From Actinomycetota bacterium (lineage in GTDB: Bacteria > Actinomycetota > Actinomycetes > Actinomycetales > Microbacteriaceae), in assembly GCA_039799865.1 (NCBI GenBank), contig JBDLRV010000046.1, positions 9,068-73,067 on the forward strand: a stretch of DNA of 64,000 nt, in the 5' to 3' direction. Each line of letters starts with the position of its first letter. Positions within the stretch are counted from its first letter, which is position 1. Below, piece by piece: positions 8,350-17,078 of this stretch. Made by a program: the position numbers and the translations under genes. The notes beneath the pieces were generated by a model. It had not been told where the DNA came from and searched no databases. It saw only the letters and a program-made list of their open reading frames with translations.

Positions 8350-9741
8350 GTGAAATCTTACTCTGAACTAAAGCCAATTCTATTTGGGGTCTCTGGCGGC
8401 CTAGTCACAGGACTGGTCGTCCTGGCCGCTTTGTTTGCTGGACCTCTAGGAGGATCAAGTTCTGATGAAGGTAATCTGACCGCTGATGTAGTAGAAAACT
8501 CAAGCGCTTCAGACAGCAGTGAAGTAGTTGTCAGCGAGAGTGCCAGCATATCGCCAGAAATAATCGAGTGCTCAGTTAAAGAGCTTGAAGAAAATCCGCT
8601 GGTTCTGGACCTACAGGCTCAGGTAATTGATGCTGCCACTGGCAAAGTTCTATTTGATCGTGCAAGTACTACTCCGGCAAGGGCAGCTTCTGTAATGAAG
8701 TTGTTGACAGCCGCTGCAGCACTTGAAACTCTTGGCCCGGACTATAGAGTCACAACTCGTGTTTACGCAGATGCCAAGGATCCATCCATCATCTATCTGG
8801 TTGGGGCTGGAGATGTAACACTTTCAAGAACCAAGCCAGGAGCTAACTCGGTCTATCGCAACGCACCAAAACTTTCGGACCTTGCTCGGCAAATTGGAGC
8901 TTGGTCCCAAACACAAACCTTCAGCCAGATAGTCCTAGACACCACTCTCTACGGAGGCTCGAAGGGCGAGTATCAAAGCGTCTGGGACAAGCGCGGGCTT
9001 TCCGAAGGTTACATGTCCTATGTTTCAGCTCTGCAGATTGATGGCGACAGAGACAATCCCGCCTCCAAAGACTCGGCTAGATCAACGGATCCTGTTGCTA
9101 GGGCAGGGGAGTGGTTCAAGCAGGAGCTGGGAGCAAAGGCATCAGGCGCTTTTCTAAGCAAGGGGAAAGCTCCTGCAGATGCGATTGAGATCGCGAGTGT
9201 CAGATCTGCCCCGCTCACGGTCTGGATCGATTACATGCTGACTGTTAGTGACAACTCCCTGTCTGAAGCAATTGCGCGTCTCGTGTCTCTAGACCTTGGA
9301 CTCGATGGATCATTTGCTTCTCTCACTCAGGCTTATCGAGCGGCGCTTAGTGGCACAGGCATAGATTTAACTGGTCTAAAGGTGGAAGACGGATCCGGGT
9401 TGTCGAGATTCAATCAGGTGTCACCTGCAACCGTGAATCAACTTCTGCAGAAGATTGATCAGCGATACAAGAACTTTCAAGTCATTATTGATGGCATGCC
9501 AGTTTCAGGAACGCCCGGATCACTCAGCTATAGGTTTGAAGACGCAGTTGGAAAGGTTATTGCCAAGACGGGCTGGATTCGGACGGGCTACACACTTGCT
9601 GGTTTTCTCACACCTGAAGATGGATCAAGGCTCATCTTCACCGCTTATAACCTCGGTGATGTGACCATTGCAAACCAGGAAGCTCTGGATGAGCTTGTTA
9701 TGGGCTTTTATAGTTGCGGAATTACTCTGGTGAATGACTAA
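8350..9741 (+). CDS. dacB: D-alanyl-D-alanine carboxypeptidase/endopeptidase (PBP4, peptidase S13)
   Basis: ASVMKLLT (SxxK), SDN, DGSGLSR, AKTG motifs; N-terminal TM; GTG start at 8350. Confidence 0.9.
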   Translation: MKSYSELKPILFGVSGGLVTGLVVLAALFAGPLGGSSSDEGNLTADVVENSSASDSSEVVVSESASISPEIIECSVKELEENPLVLDLQAQVIDAATGKVLFDRASTTPARAASVMKLLTAAAALETLGPDYRVTTRVYADAKDPSIIYLVGAGDVTLSRTKPGANSVYRNAPKLSDLARQIGAWSQTQTFSQIVLDTTLYGGSKGEYQSVWDKRGLSEGYMSYVSALQIDGDRDNPASKDSARSTDPVARAGEWFKQELGAKASGAFLSKGKAPADAIEIASVRSAPLTVWIDYMLTVSDNSLSEAIARLVSLDLGLDGSFASLTQAYRAALSGTGIDLTGLKVEDGSGLSRFNQVSPATVNQLLQKIDQRYKNFQVIIDGMPVSGTPGSLSYRFEDAVGKVIAKTGWIRTGYTLAGFLTPEDGSRLIFTAYNLGDVTIANQEALDELVMGFYSCGITLVND

Positions 9742-10322
9742 TGAATAACGCACTGCTAGTAATCGATGTCCAGAATGACTTCTGCGAGGGAGGAGCGCTG
9801 GCGTGTGCCGGCGGCGCAGCTGTGGCTCAGAAAATCACTGACTACCTCAATTCAGGAAATTCGAATTACGACTACGTAATTGCGTCTCGCGATTGGCATA
9901 CGCCTGGCGAGCTAAATGATGGTCACTTTCCGGCCCATGGGAATGAACCAGACTTTGTGAAAACCTGGCCTTTGCACTGCCTAGCTGGCAGTCAAGGAGC
10001 CGAGTATCACCCCAGCCTTGACGGAACCCTGATTGACATTCACATAAAAAAAGGTCAGTCTGCAAACGGCTATTCAATTTTTGATGGCACCGATGAAAGC
10101 GGCAAGTCATTTGCTCAGGTAATAAGTGATCTGGAAATTAGCTCAGTGGATGTGGTTGGAATAGCCACTGACTACTGTGTTAGGGCATCCGCACTTGATT
10201 CACTCAAGCATGGCCTAAACGTAAAGGTCATTACTTCCCTCACAGCGGGGGTGAACCCTCAGTCAACTGAGGCAGCCATTGATGAAATGGTGGATGCTGG
10301 CGTTAGGGTCGTTGCTCAGTAG
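9741..10322 (+). CDS. pncA: Nicotinamidase/pyrazinamidase (isochorismatase family)
   Basis: IDVQNDFCEGGAL, DWH, WPLHC, GIATDYCV. Confidence 0.9.
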   Translation: MNNALLVIDVQNDFCEGGALACAGGAAVAQKITDYLNSGNSNYDYVIASRDWHTPGELNDGHFPAHGNEPDFVKTWPLHCLAGSQGAEYHPSLDGTLIDIHIKKGQSANGYSIFDGTDESGKSFAQVISDLEISSVDVVGIATDYCVRASALDSLKHGLNVKVITSLTAGVNPQSTEAAIDEMVDAGVRVVAQ

Positions 10323-11449
10323 TCGCGCCTTGCTCCATCACTTGGGGTAACAGAAAACACATTTGGCTCAATAAATCCTTGATTACTGAAGGCTTCCAGG
10401 CACTGGCTGCGAAGTTCACCCAGTTTTGACTGATTAATTATGGCTATGGCTGCACCACCAAAGCCTCCACCAGTCATTCTCGATCCAATCGCACCAGCTG
10501 ACATCGCGGTCTCGACAGCTAGGTCAAGTTCGGGAATTGAAATTTCAAAATCATCCCTCATGGATGCGTGTGATTGGAGCATGAGATCTCCCATGCTCTC
10601 GAGGTTTCCAGATTTCAGCGCATTCACAGCATCAAGCACTCTTTGGTTTTCGGTGATGACGTGTCGACAGCGCCTGAAGGTTAGCTCGTCCATAAGCTCA
10701 CTTGCTCTTGAGAGATCCTCTGCAGTGAGATCGCGAAGCGAATTTACGGACATGATGGCCGCACCCTTCTCGCATGCCTCGCGTCTGACGCGGTAGCCAC
10801 CGTCAGAGTGGCGGTGTGCAACTCGGGTGTCAATCACTGCCACCACCAGTTCCTTTTGGGAAAGACCTAGTTCGACCAGTTCAGTAGCGAGGCTCTGACA
10901 GTCAATTAGAACAGCGCAATCTGCCTTGGCGAGCATTGAGGCTGTTTGATCCATAATTCCAGTGGGTGCACCAACGACCTGGTTTTCCGCCTTCTGGCCG
11001 ATCAGTGCCAGTTCCTGGCGGGTGTAACCCGACTGCCAGACATCATTAAGTGCTGTCGCTATCGAGCACTCAATTGCGGCTGAGGATGAAAGTCCTGCAC
11101 CGACCGGCACATCAGAAACAAAGAAGGCATCAAAGCCTTTGCCTGCTCTCTCAGACATGGCCCATGCCACTCCGAGTGGGTAGAGAGCCCACGCCAAATC
11201 GGCTGGTTTGTTTTCCGACAGCTCATATTCGAAAACTTCATTTGAGAAGGTTGATCCAACCCTCGCTAGACGGTCATCCCTCAAAGAGAGAGCCACCCAT
11301 GTGCGTCTATCGATTCCAAAGGGGAATACAAACCCATTGTTGTAATCGGTGTGCTCGCCAATTAGATTCACTCTTCCTGGAGCTGACCAGACTCCATCTG
11401 GAGCATGTTCAAAGAGATTGGCAAACTTCGCCTTGACCTCGTTAATCAC
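10316..11449 (-). CDS. galK: Galactokinase
   Basis: APGRVNLIGEHTDYN, GAGLSSSAA, RMTGGGFGG. Confidence 0.95.
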   Translation of the reverse strand: MINEVKAKFANLFEHAPDGVWSAPGRVNLIGEHTDYNNGFVFPFGIDRRTWVALSLRDDRLARVGSTFSNEVFEYELSENKPADLAWALYPLGVAWAMSERAGKGFDAFFVSDVPVGAGLSSSAAIECSIATALNDVWQSGYTRQELALIGQKAENQVVGAPTGIMDQTASMLAKADCAVLIDCQSLATELVELGLSQKELVVAVIDTRVAHRHSDGGYRVRREACEKGAAIMSVNSLRDLTAEDLSRASELMDELTFRRCRHVITENQRVLDAVNALKSGNLESMGDLMLQSHASMRDDFEISIPELDLAVETAMSAGAIGSRMTGGGFGGAAIAIINQSKLGELRSQCLEAFSNQGFIEPNVFSVTPSDGARRDY

Positions 11450-12518
11450 CGACTAATTCTCTCAATCTGCCAGCCGTTTCCTCGGGTGCGATATCACCCA
11501 CGAAGGCCCCCATAGCGCTCTCGGATCCTGCTAGGTATTTCAACTTGTCGGCGGCTCTTCTTGGCGAGGTGATTTGCAGCATCAGGCGAACGCGCTCACG
11601 ATTTTCTATCATCGGAGCTTGGTGCCAGGCAGAGATGTATGGAGTTGGGGTTTCATACATCCCGTCTACTGCTCCAAGCAGTTTCTTATAAACAACCGCT
11701 AATTCCTCAGTCTCAGCATCTCGAAGTTGGGCTAGGTCACTGATGTTTCTCTTGGGCAGAAGATGGACTTCGATTGGCCACCTGGCCGCAAATGGAACAT
11801 AGGCCAAGAAATTGTCTGAATCAATCACTTTTCTCTGTCCGGACTTCTCAAAATCCAGTAAGGATTGAAAAAAATCACCAGAGTAGCTGTCAATACTTTG
11901 AATAAGTTTTCTTGTTGTCGGTGTTACAAATGGGTAAGCATAAATCTGACCGTGCGGATGATGGAGCGTGACTCCAATTTCCTCGCCTCGATTCTCAAAT
12001 GGAAATACCTGAACCACGCCAGCTAGTCGCTGCAATTCGTCAGTTCTATCAATCCAGGCGCCGAATACGGTCCGAATCCTCTCCACGCTCATTGCGCCAA
12101 GGCTTCCCTTGTGCTCAGGGCTGAAGACGACTACCTCGCATCTTCCATAGGCGGTTGTTGCAAAGCCAAATCTCTCCCCATTGGGCAGATCGATTGGTAA
12201 AGCTTCGGGTCCAAATGCGGGACCTTTGTTTTCAAAAACCGCCACATCGAACATGTCGGGTAGCTCGCTCAGGTTGTCCTGGGTGGTCGGGCAGAGCGGA
12301 CAGGCATGCGCGGGAGGTAGAAACGCTCGCTGTTGTCTATGAGAAGCAACCGTGATCCACTCTGATGAAAGAGGATCAAACCTTAGCTGGGCGGTTTGCG
12401 GCCGCTCCGGAAGGTCACGAGTATCCTGCTTGCGCGCTTGAGGGTGGGAGGAGGAAGCGTCATCGAAGTAGAAGATGTCTCTTCCATCCGCGAGCTTGCC
12501 ACTAATTCTGGCTTTCAC
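11442..12518 (-). CDS. galT: Galactose-1-phosphate uridylyltransferase
   Basis: CPLCP, FENRG..IGVTLHHPHGQ (HPH). Confidence 0.95.
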   Translation of the reverse strand: MKARISGKLADGRDIFYFDDASSSHPQARKQDTRDLPERPQTAQLRFDPLSSEWITVASHRQQRAFLPPAHACPLCPTTQDNLSELPDMFDVAVFENKGPAFGPEALPIDLPNGERFGFATTAYGRCEVVVFSPEHKGSLGAMSVERIRTVFGAWIDRTDELQRLAGVVQVFPFENRGEEIGVTLHHPHGQIYAYPFVTPTTRKLIQSIDSYSGDFFQSLLDFEKSGQRKVIDSDNFLAYVPFAARWPIEVHLLPKRNISDLAQLRDAETEELAVVYKKLLGAVDGMYETPTPYISAWHQAPMIENRERVRLMLQITSPRRAADKLKYLAGSESAMGAFVGDIAPEETAGRLRELVGD

Positions 12519-12554
12519 TCAGCTTCTCACCTACTCACTCAATAGCATTGTTAG

Positions 12555-13400
12555 GTGCCAAATTCGCACCCTGAAGAGCAACTGAGAATCTCACGGAAAA
12601 CCGCGAGCGCTACCAGTATGGCAGTAATTTCCCCGATCGGAGCTGCCCTCACTGAGCTCACACTTGGGGGAGTTCAGATTGTCTCTCACAAGGCAGCCGG
12701 CGAGCCCAAATCCATGTTCTTTGGTTCTCTTTTGGCTCCCTGGCCCAATCGTCTAGCTGGAGGCAGTTATTCCTTTGAAGGCCGGACTCTGGCGCACACA
12801 ATCCTCGACAGTCAACAAAACGCCAATCACGGGCTGCTTTTTGACCGAGCTTTGCGGGTTACTGACCAATCGGAATCAAGCATCAGTTTCAGCTACGGGT
12901 TCGGCAGCGATGAGGGCTATCCCTTCGCCATTGAGCTAATTGTGAAATACACAATCACAGAAGATGAATTTCGATTCGACGCATCCGCAACCAACCTAGG
13001 GCAGCCAGCTCTATTTGGACTTGGTTTTCACCCCTACTTCCTGGTTGGTGAGAAATTTGCTTTTTCCGCCGACTTCACAAATCGAATTACTGTCGACGAG
13101 AAAATGATTCCTATTGGCAAGGAATCTATCGCAGGCTTTACCTACTCGGGCGGAGATCTCGATGATTGCTTCTATGGCGCAAAAACTGTAAAGCTTGAGA
13201 CTGAAAGTTACCAACTCGACCTTTCAATTTTGAAAGGATTTGAATACTTCATGCTTTACAGACCCAATCAATCAGCTGTGAGCATGCTCGCTATTGAACC
13301 GATGAGTTGCAGAACGAATGCCTTCAATACTCACCTGTCGGAAGTGCTAATTGCTGAAAACGAAACTAAGACCTACGGTTTCAGTATTAGAAAGAGCTAG
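12555..13400 (+). CDS. galM: Aldose 1-epimerase (mutarotase) family protein
   Basis: LAPWPNRL, NHG, GYPF, GFHPYF, AIEPM. Confidence 0.85.
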   Translation: MPNSHPEEQLRISRKTASATSMAVISPIGAALTELTLGGVQIVSHKAAGEPKSMFFGSLLAPWPNRLAGGSYSFEGRTLAHTILDSQQNANHGLLFDRALRVTDQSESSISFSYGFGSDEGYPFAIELIVKYTITEDEFRFDASATNLGQPALFGLGFHPYFLVGEKFAFSADFTNRITVDEKMIPIGKESIAGFTYSGGDLDDCFYGAKTVKLETESYQLDLSILKGFEYFMLYRPNQSAVSMLAIEPMSCRTNAFNTHLSEVLIAENETKTYGFSIRKS

Positions 13401-14064
13401 AGGGCAATTCCTTTTCATCAGCCAAAATTGCCTGAACAATTCGGCTCGCAACCTCATGAGCTGTCTTTCCCGGAGGGAATTTCGGTGCAACCCCGGCAAT
13501 TGCTCGATCCGCTAAACCGGTTTCGGTATGACCAGGTCTTGCAGAAATTACTCTTGTCCCGCTTCGACGCCACTCTCTTGCGGCACCTTGCAAGAATCCC
13601 TCAATTGCAAACTTTGAAGCTGAGTAAGCAGCGATTCCAGGAAGTGCTGCCTCGGCAACTACGCCTGTCAGATTTACAACAACACTCTCAGACTTCTTTG
13701 CCAGTAGTGGAGAAAGAGCACTGAACAGCTGAATTGGTCCAATCGCGTTTATCTCAAAAAGGTTTTTCAGGATATCTGGTTCAAGTTGAGTTGCCTCTCC
13801 GAACGCGACAACGCCGCTGGCATTGATGATGCCGTCGATTTCCGTCGAGGCTATTAGATAGTCGGTGAGTGTCTTGATGCTCTCCGGCTTTGTGTAGTCA
13901 AGAAGCAGGCGAACCTCTACACCGGCTGGAATTGCAGCCGCGGTTTCATTGGAAGTAGCTGTGCCCAAAACCGTGGCACCTTGCTCCCGTAAAATCTTGA
14001 CAAGCTCGGATCCAAGTGCCCCAGAGGCTCCGCAAACAAGAAAAGTCTTTCCTTTTATTTCCAT
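13387..14064 (-). CDS. Short-chain dehydrogenase/reductase
   Basis: GASGALG and YSASK; start trimmed to MEIKGK (14064). Confidence 0.85.
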   Translation of the reverse strand: MEIKGKTFLVCGASGALGSELVKILREQGATVLGTATSNETAAAIPAGVEVRLLLDYTKPESIKTLTDYLIASTEIDGIINASGVVAFGEATQLEPDILKNLFEINAIGPIQLFSALSPLLAKKSESVVVNLTGVVAEAALPGIAAYSASKFAIEGFLQGAAREWRRSGTRVISARPGHTETGLADRAIAGVAPKFPPGKTAHEVASRIVQAILADEKELPSSSF

Positions 14065-14128
14065 CCCTTTCCTAACCACCATCCCCCCTGAGTTATTTCG
14101 CAACTAAACTGGCCCAGTTAGAGGTCAA

Positions 14129-14617
14129 ATGCGTAAATTCCTGGTTCTTCTGCTCGCTCTACCACTGATTGCGGGCTGCACTTCAGCGCCTTCGGCTACC
14201 GATCTGGGCTCAGACTGCGCAGGCGTCAGCGTCTTCGTGAACTTTTCCGGCGAAGGTCAAAACATCGCCAAATGCGTCACTTTCTCTGGGGAAAGTGAGC
14301 TGACTAAGACAATTCTTGAGGCAGCTTCGGTAATCACCGAAGGAACCGCGACTTACGGTGATCAGGTGGTTTGCCGAGTCAATAATGTTCCATCGGCGGA
14401 TGAGCCCCTCGAAGTTGAGGGCAATGATCCTCATTTGGAAACTTGCCAGGACATGCCACCGGCTTTTGCCTACTGGGCACTTTGGGTAAAGAAAAGTGGC
14501 AGCTCGGAATGGGAATACGCCACCGAAGGTGTCAGCTCTCTACAGCTGTCGGCCGGTGATTCCGTAGGCCTTGCGTTTTCTCTCGCTGGCCAAACTCCAA
14601 CTCCTGAGGGCAAGTAA
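14129..14617 (+). CDS. Lipoprotein, putative ECF-associated cobalamin-binding (DUF4430/CbrS-like) protein
   Basis: Lipobox LIAGC; VVCRVNNVP..CQDMPPAFAYWALW; first gene of the ECF operon. Confidence 0.6.
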   Translation: MRKFLVLLLALPLIAGCTSAPSATDLGSDCAGVSVFVNFSGEGQNIAKCVTFSGESELTKTILEAASVITEGTATYGDQVVCRVNNVPSADEPLEVEGNDPHLETCQDMPPAFAYWALWVKKSGSSEWEYATEGVSSLQLSAGDSVGLAFSLAGQTPTPEGK

Positions 14618-16359
14618 TTTCTAAGAAATCGCGACTAATTCTGACGGCGGTCCTAGCTGTCAGTTTTATTTTTCTGCGTTTGGTTTACGCATTTATCTTT
14701 TCTGGCCTGGGTGGCAAGACCATAATTCTCGATTTACCCACTTTGCGTCTTTCCGGTCCGTTTAGGCATGTGGAGTTACTTGGAGAAGTTTCTCTAGAGG
14801 GAATTTTGAGAAACGTTCAACTGGCAGCTCCTTTTGCATTAGCAATACTGGTGTTTGGAACTCTCTCCTTACTCTTATCTGAAAACTTTCTTTCTAATCT
14901 TTCTGCCAAGGCACCGTATGGAAAGAAAGTCCTGACGTCAATTGGTATTTCCCTTGCGAGCATAAACAGCATCGCTGATTCTGCTCGAGAGGTTTTCTTT
15001 GCGCGCAAACTTCGCGGTGAGTCGCGCTGGTCGAGCCTTGTTCCGCTTCTAGAGAGAACTATCGTGAAGGCCGGTGCAATTGCTCTGCGCCTTGCAAGGA
15101 GCGAAGCGCGGCCCCGAATCGTTTGTGATGTAAGGATCTCTAACCTGAGGGTAGGCGAACTAGGTCCTATTTCAGTGGTATTTCAAGCCGGATCCATTCA
15201 CGTCATAACCGGTGCCACTGGCAGTGGCAAGTCGACTCTCCTACAAGCGATAGCTGGTCAAACCCAAGAGCATTTCGGTAGAGAAATAACTGGCGAACTT
15301 CAACTGGGTGAAGTCAGCCTTAGGTCGTTTGCCAACGCCTCCGCACTCACCTCTTTTGTTCCTCAGTTCCCGCAGGATGGCATACCCAAAGCAGATCTTC
15401 ATGGCTCAGATCGATTTGGGTATGGACTGTCTCACGGTGAGGCATATGAACTTGCTTTTGAGCAAGAATTAAAGCGAAACCCGTCGGTACTTTTACTGGA
15501 TGAACCCGCGGCAGCTTTGGACCAAGAACGTCTGGCTCGACTTCTGAGTAAATGTGAGGAATTGGCCAAGCTTGGTGTCACGGTGATTATTGCTGAACAT
15601 CGAATTTCATCTTTCACCGGATTGCAGGCAATTTACTGGTATCTCGAAAGCGGGAAACTGCTTCCGGGCATGGCCCTCGCAGAACCAATTCCAATCGCTC
15701 GGAAAAATCAGGTTGTTGGTCGAGAGAAATCGATTGAGATTGAGTTGCCAGAGATCGCACTAAATAACAAAACAATTAAGCCATTCAAGCTGGAGCTGCG
15801 CCAGGGAGAGATTGCTGCGATTACTGGAGCAAACGGTTCGGGTAAGACGACAATTCTCAGAGCCATAGCCACGGCACAAAATTGCGTTTATGTGCACGGA
15901 GAGAAATTTGTTGGTCCCAATCCAAAAATCGTTGCGCTTGTCCCTGACAAAGTTGGCGACTACTTTGTCACTGGCTCACTTGATGAAGAGCTTGCTCGCG
16001 CAGACAAGTTTGCTTCTGTGGCCAAGGGTTACACAAAAACAACCTTTCTCAGCCTTGTCGAACCTGACGGTAGCGACTTTGTTAGGCACCCACTAGACCT
16101 ATCAATAGGAACTCAACTAGCACTTGCCACCGCCATGCAGCTAAGTCACAAGCCGCAACTTTTGCTTCTGGATGAACCAGTTCAGGGCCTTGACTCCAGA
16201 TCCAGAGCTCAACTGGCCGAGACACTACGTTGCGTTCAGGAAACCGGCTGTGCCATCGTTTTTGCCACTCATGATCTTTTCTTTGCGAAGTCTTTAGCAG
16301 ACAAAACCATATCTCTGACTGATGTCACAAATAGAGCTGCTGAGGTAGGTGCCAAATGA
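14617..16359 (+). CDS. ECF transporter fusion: reduced T component plus two ABC ATPase domains
   Basis: N-terminal TM helices and ARKLRG coupling-helix motif; two Walker A (GATGSGKS, GANGSGKT) and two LLLDEP Walker B; start uncertain (ATT 14617 or TTG 14680). Confidence 0.75.
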   Translation: MSKKSRLILTAVLAVSFIFLRLVYAFIFSGLGGKTIILDLPTLRLSGPFRHVELLGEVSLEGILRNVQLAAPFALAILVFGTLSLLLSENFLSNLSAKAPYGKKVLTSIGISLASINSIADSAREVFFARKLRGESRWSSLVPLLERTIVKAGAIALRLARSEARPRIVCDVRISNLRVGELGPISVVFQAGSIHVITGATGSGKSTLLQAIAGQTQEHFGREITGELQLGEVSLRSFANASALTSFVPQFPQDGIPKADLHGSDRFGYGLSHGEAYELAFEQELKRNPSVLLLDEPAAALDQERLARLLSKCEELAKLGVTVIIAEHRISSFTGLQAIYWYLESGKLLPGMALAEPIPIARKNQVVGREKSIEIELPEIALNNKTIKPFKLELRQGEIAAITGANGSGKTTILRAIATAQNCVYVHGEKFVGPNPKIVALVPDKVGDYFVTGSLDEELARADKFASVAKGYTKTTFLSLVEPDGSDFVRHPLDLSIGTQLALATAMQLSHKPQLLLLDEPVQGLDSRSRAQLAETLRCVQETGCAIVFATHDLFFAKSLADKTISLTDVTNRAAEVGAK

Positions 16360-17078
16360 GGCGCAGCATTTACCTTTGGATTTTGTCTCTAGTCGCACTG
16401 TCGATTTTTCTATGGCCGTTTTGGACGCTCGGCTTTGCCTTTGACCAGGTTCTGATTCAGATACTTGTTATTCCTGCAATTGTTCTGTGTGCGGGGGCAG
16501 CACTTCTGATTCTTGATGGGGATCTAATTGGCCCCAAGCAAATAGCTCTCTTGGGTCTCCTATCTGCATTAGGGGCTGCAGTCAGGATTGCAACGGGCGG
16601 TACAGGTGGCTTCGAGCTGGTCTTTGCGATTGTGATTCTCGGAGCCGCTGCTTTTGGTTCGCGTTTCGGATTTTTACTTGGAGCAATGACGATTCTGGTG
16701 TCATCACTATTTTTTGGTGGCATCGGACCGTGGACACCGTTCCAGATGTTTGCCGTTGGTTGGGTGGGAGCAGGGGCTGGAATGCTCGCAACTAGCCGAA
16801 GGTATTCCGTTCCGCTTCTTGCTGCTTACGCGGTGGTTGCAAGCTATCTGTTCGGTTTGATCATGAATGCCTGGTTCTGGCCTTACGCAACAGGCTTTGA
16901 TACTTCAATTTCCTATTCGGCAAACCTGACTGGCGTTGAGAACCTAGCCAATTTCCTGACCTATTCACTACTTTCCTCAACACTCACCTGGGACACCGTT
17001 CGGGCAGTTTCAGTGGCGGTGTTTATCTTGGTTTTTGGAAAGGCAATGATTCGCACTTTCCAACGAGCAAAAATCTAA
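16356..17078 (+). CDS. ECF transporter S component, CbrT-like (probable cobalamin)
   Basis: About seven TM helices; G.RFGFLLGA..ILVSS...GGIGPWTPFQM motif; converges on metH. Confidence 0.8.
   Translation: MRRSIYLWILSLVALSIFLWPFWTLGFAFDQVLIQILVIPAIVLCAGAALLILDGDLIGPKQIALLGLLSALGAAVRIATGGTGGFELVFAIVILGAAAFGSRFGFLLGAMTILVSSLFFGGIGPWTPFQMFAVGWVGAGAGMLATSRRYSVPLLAAYAVVASYLFGLIMNAWFWPYATGFDTSISYSANLTGVENLANFLTYSLLSSTLTWDTVRAVSVAVFILVFGKAMIRTFQRAKI

Noticed and set aside
14065-14128. Cobalamin riboswitch upstream of the ECF operon
   Set aside because: Gap is only 64 nt and lacks the B12-box and GGGAA core.
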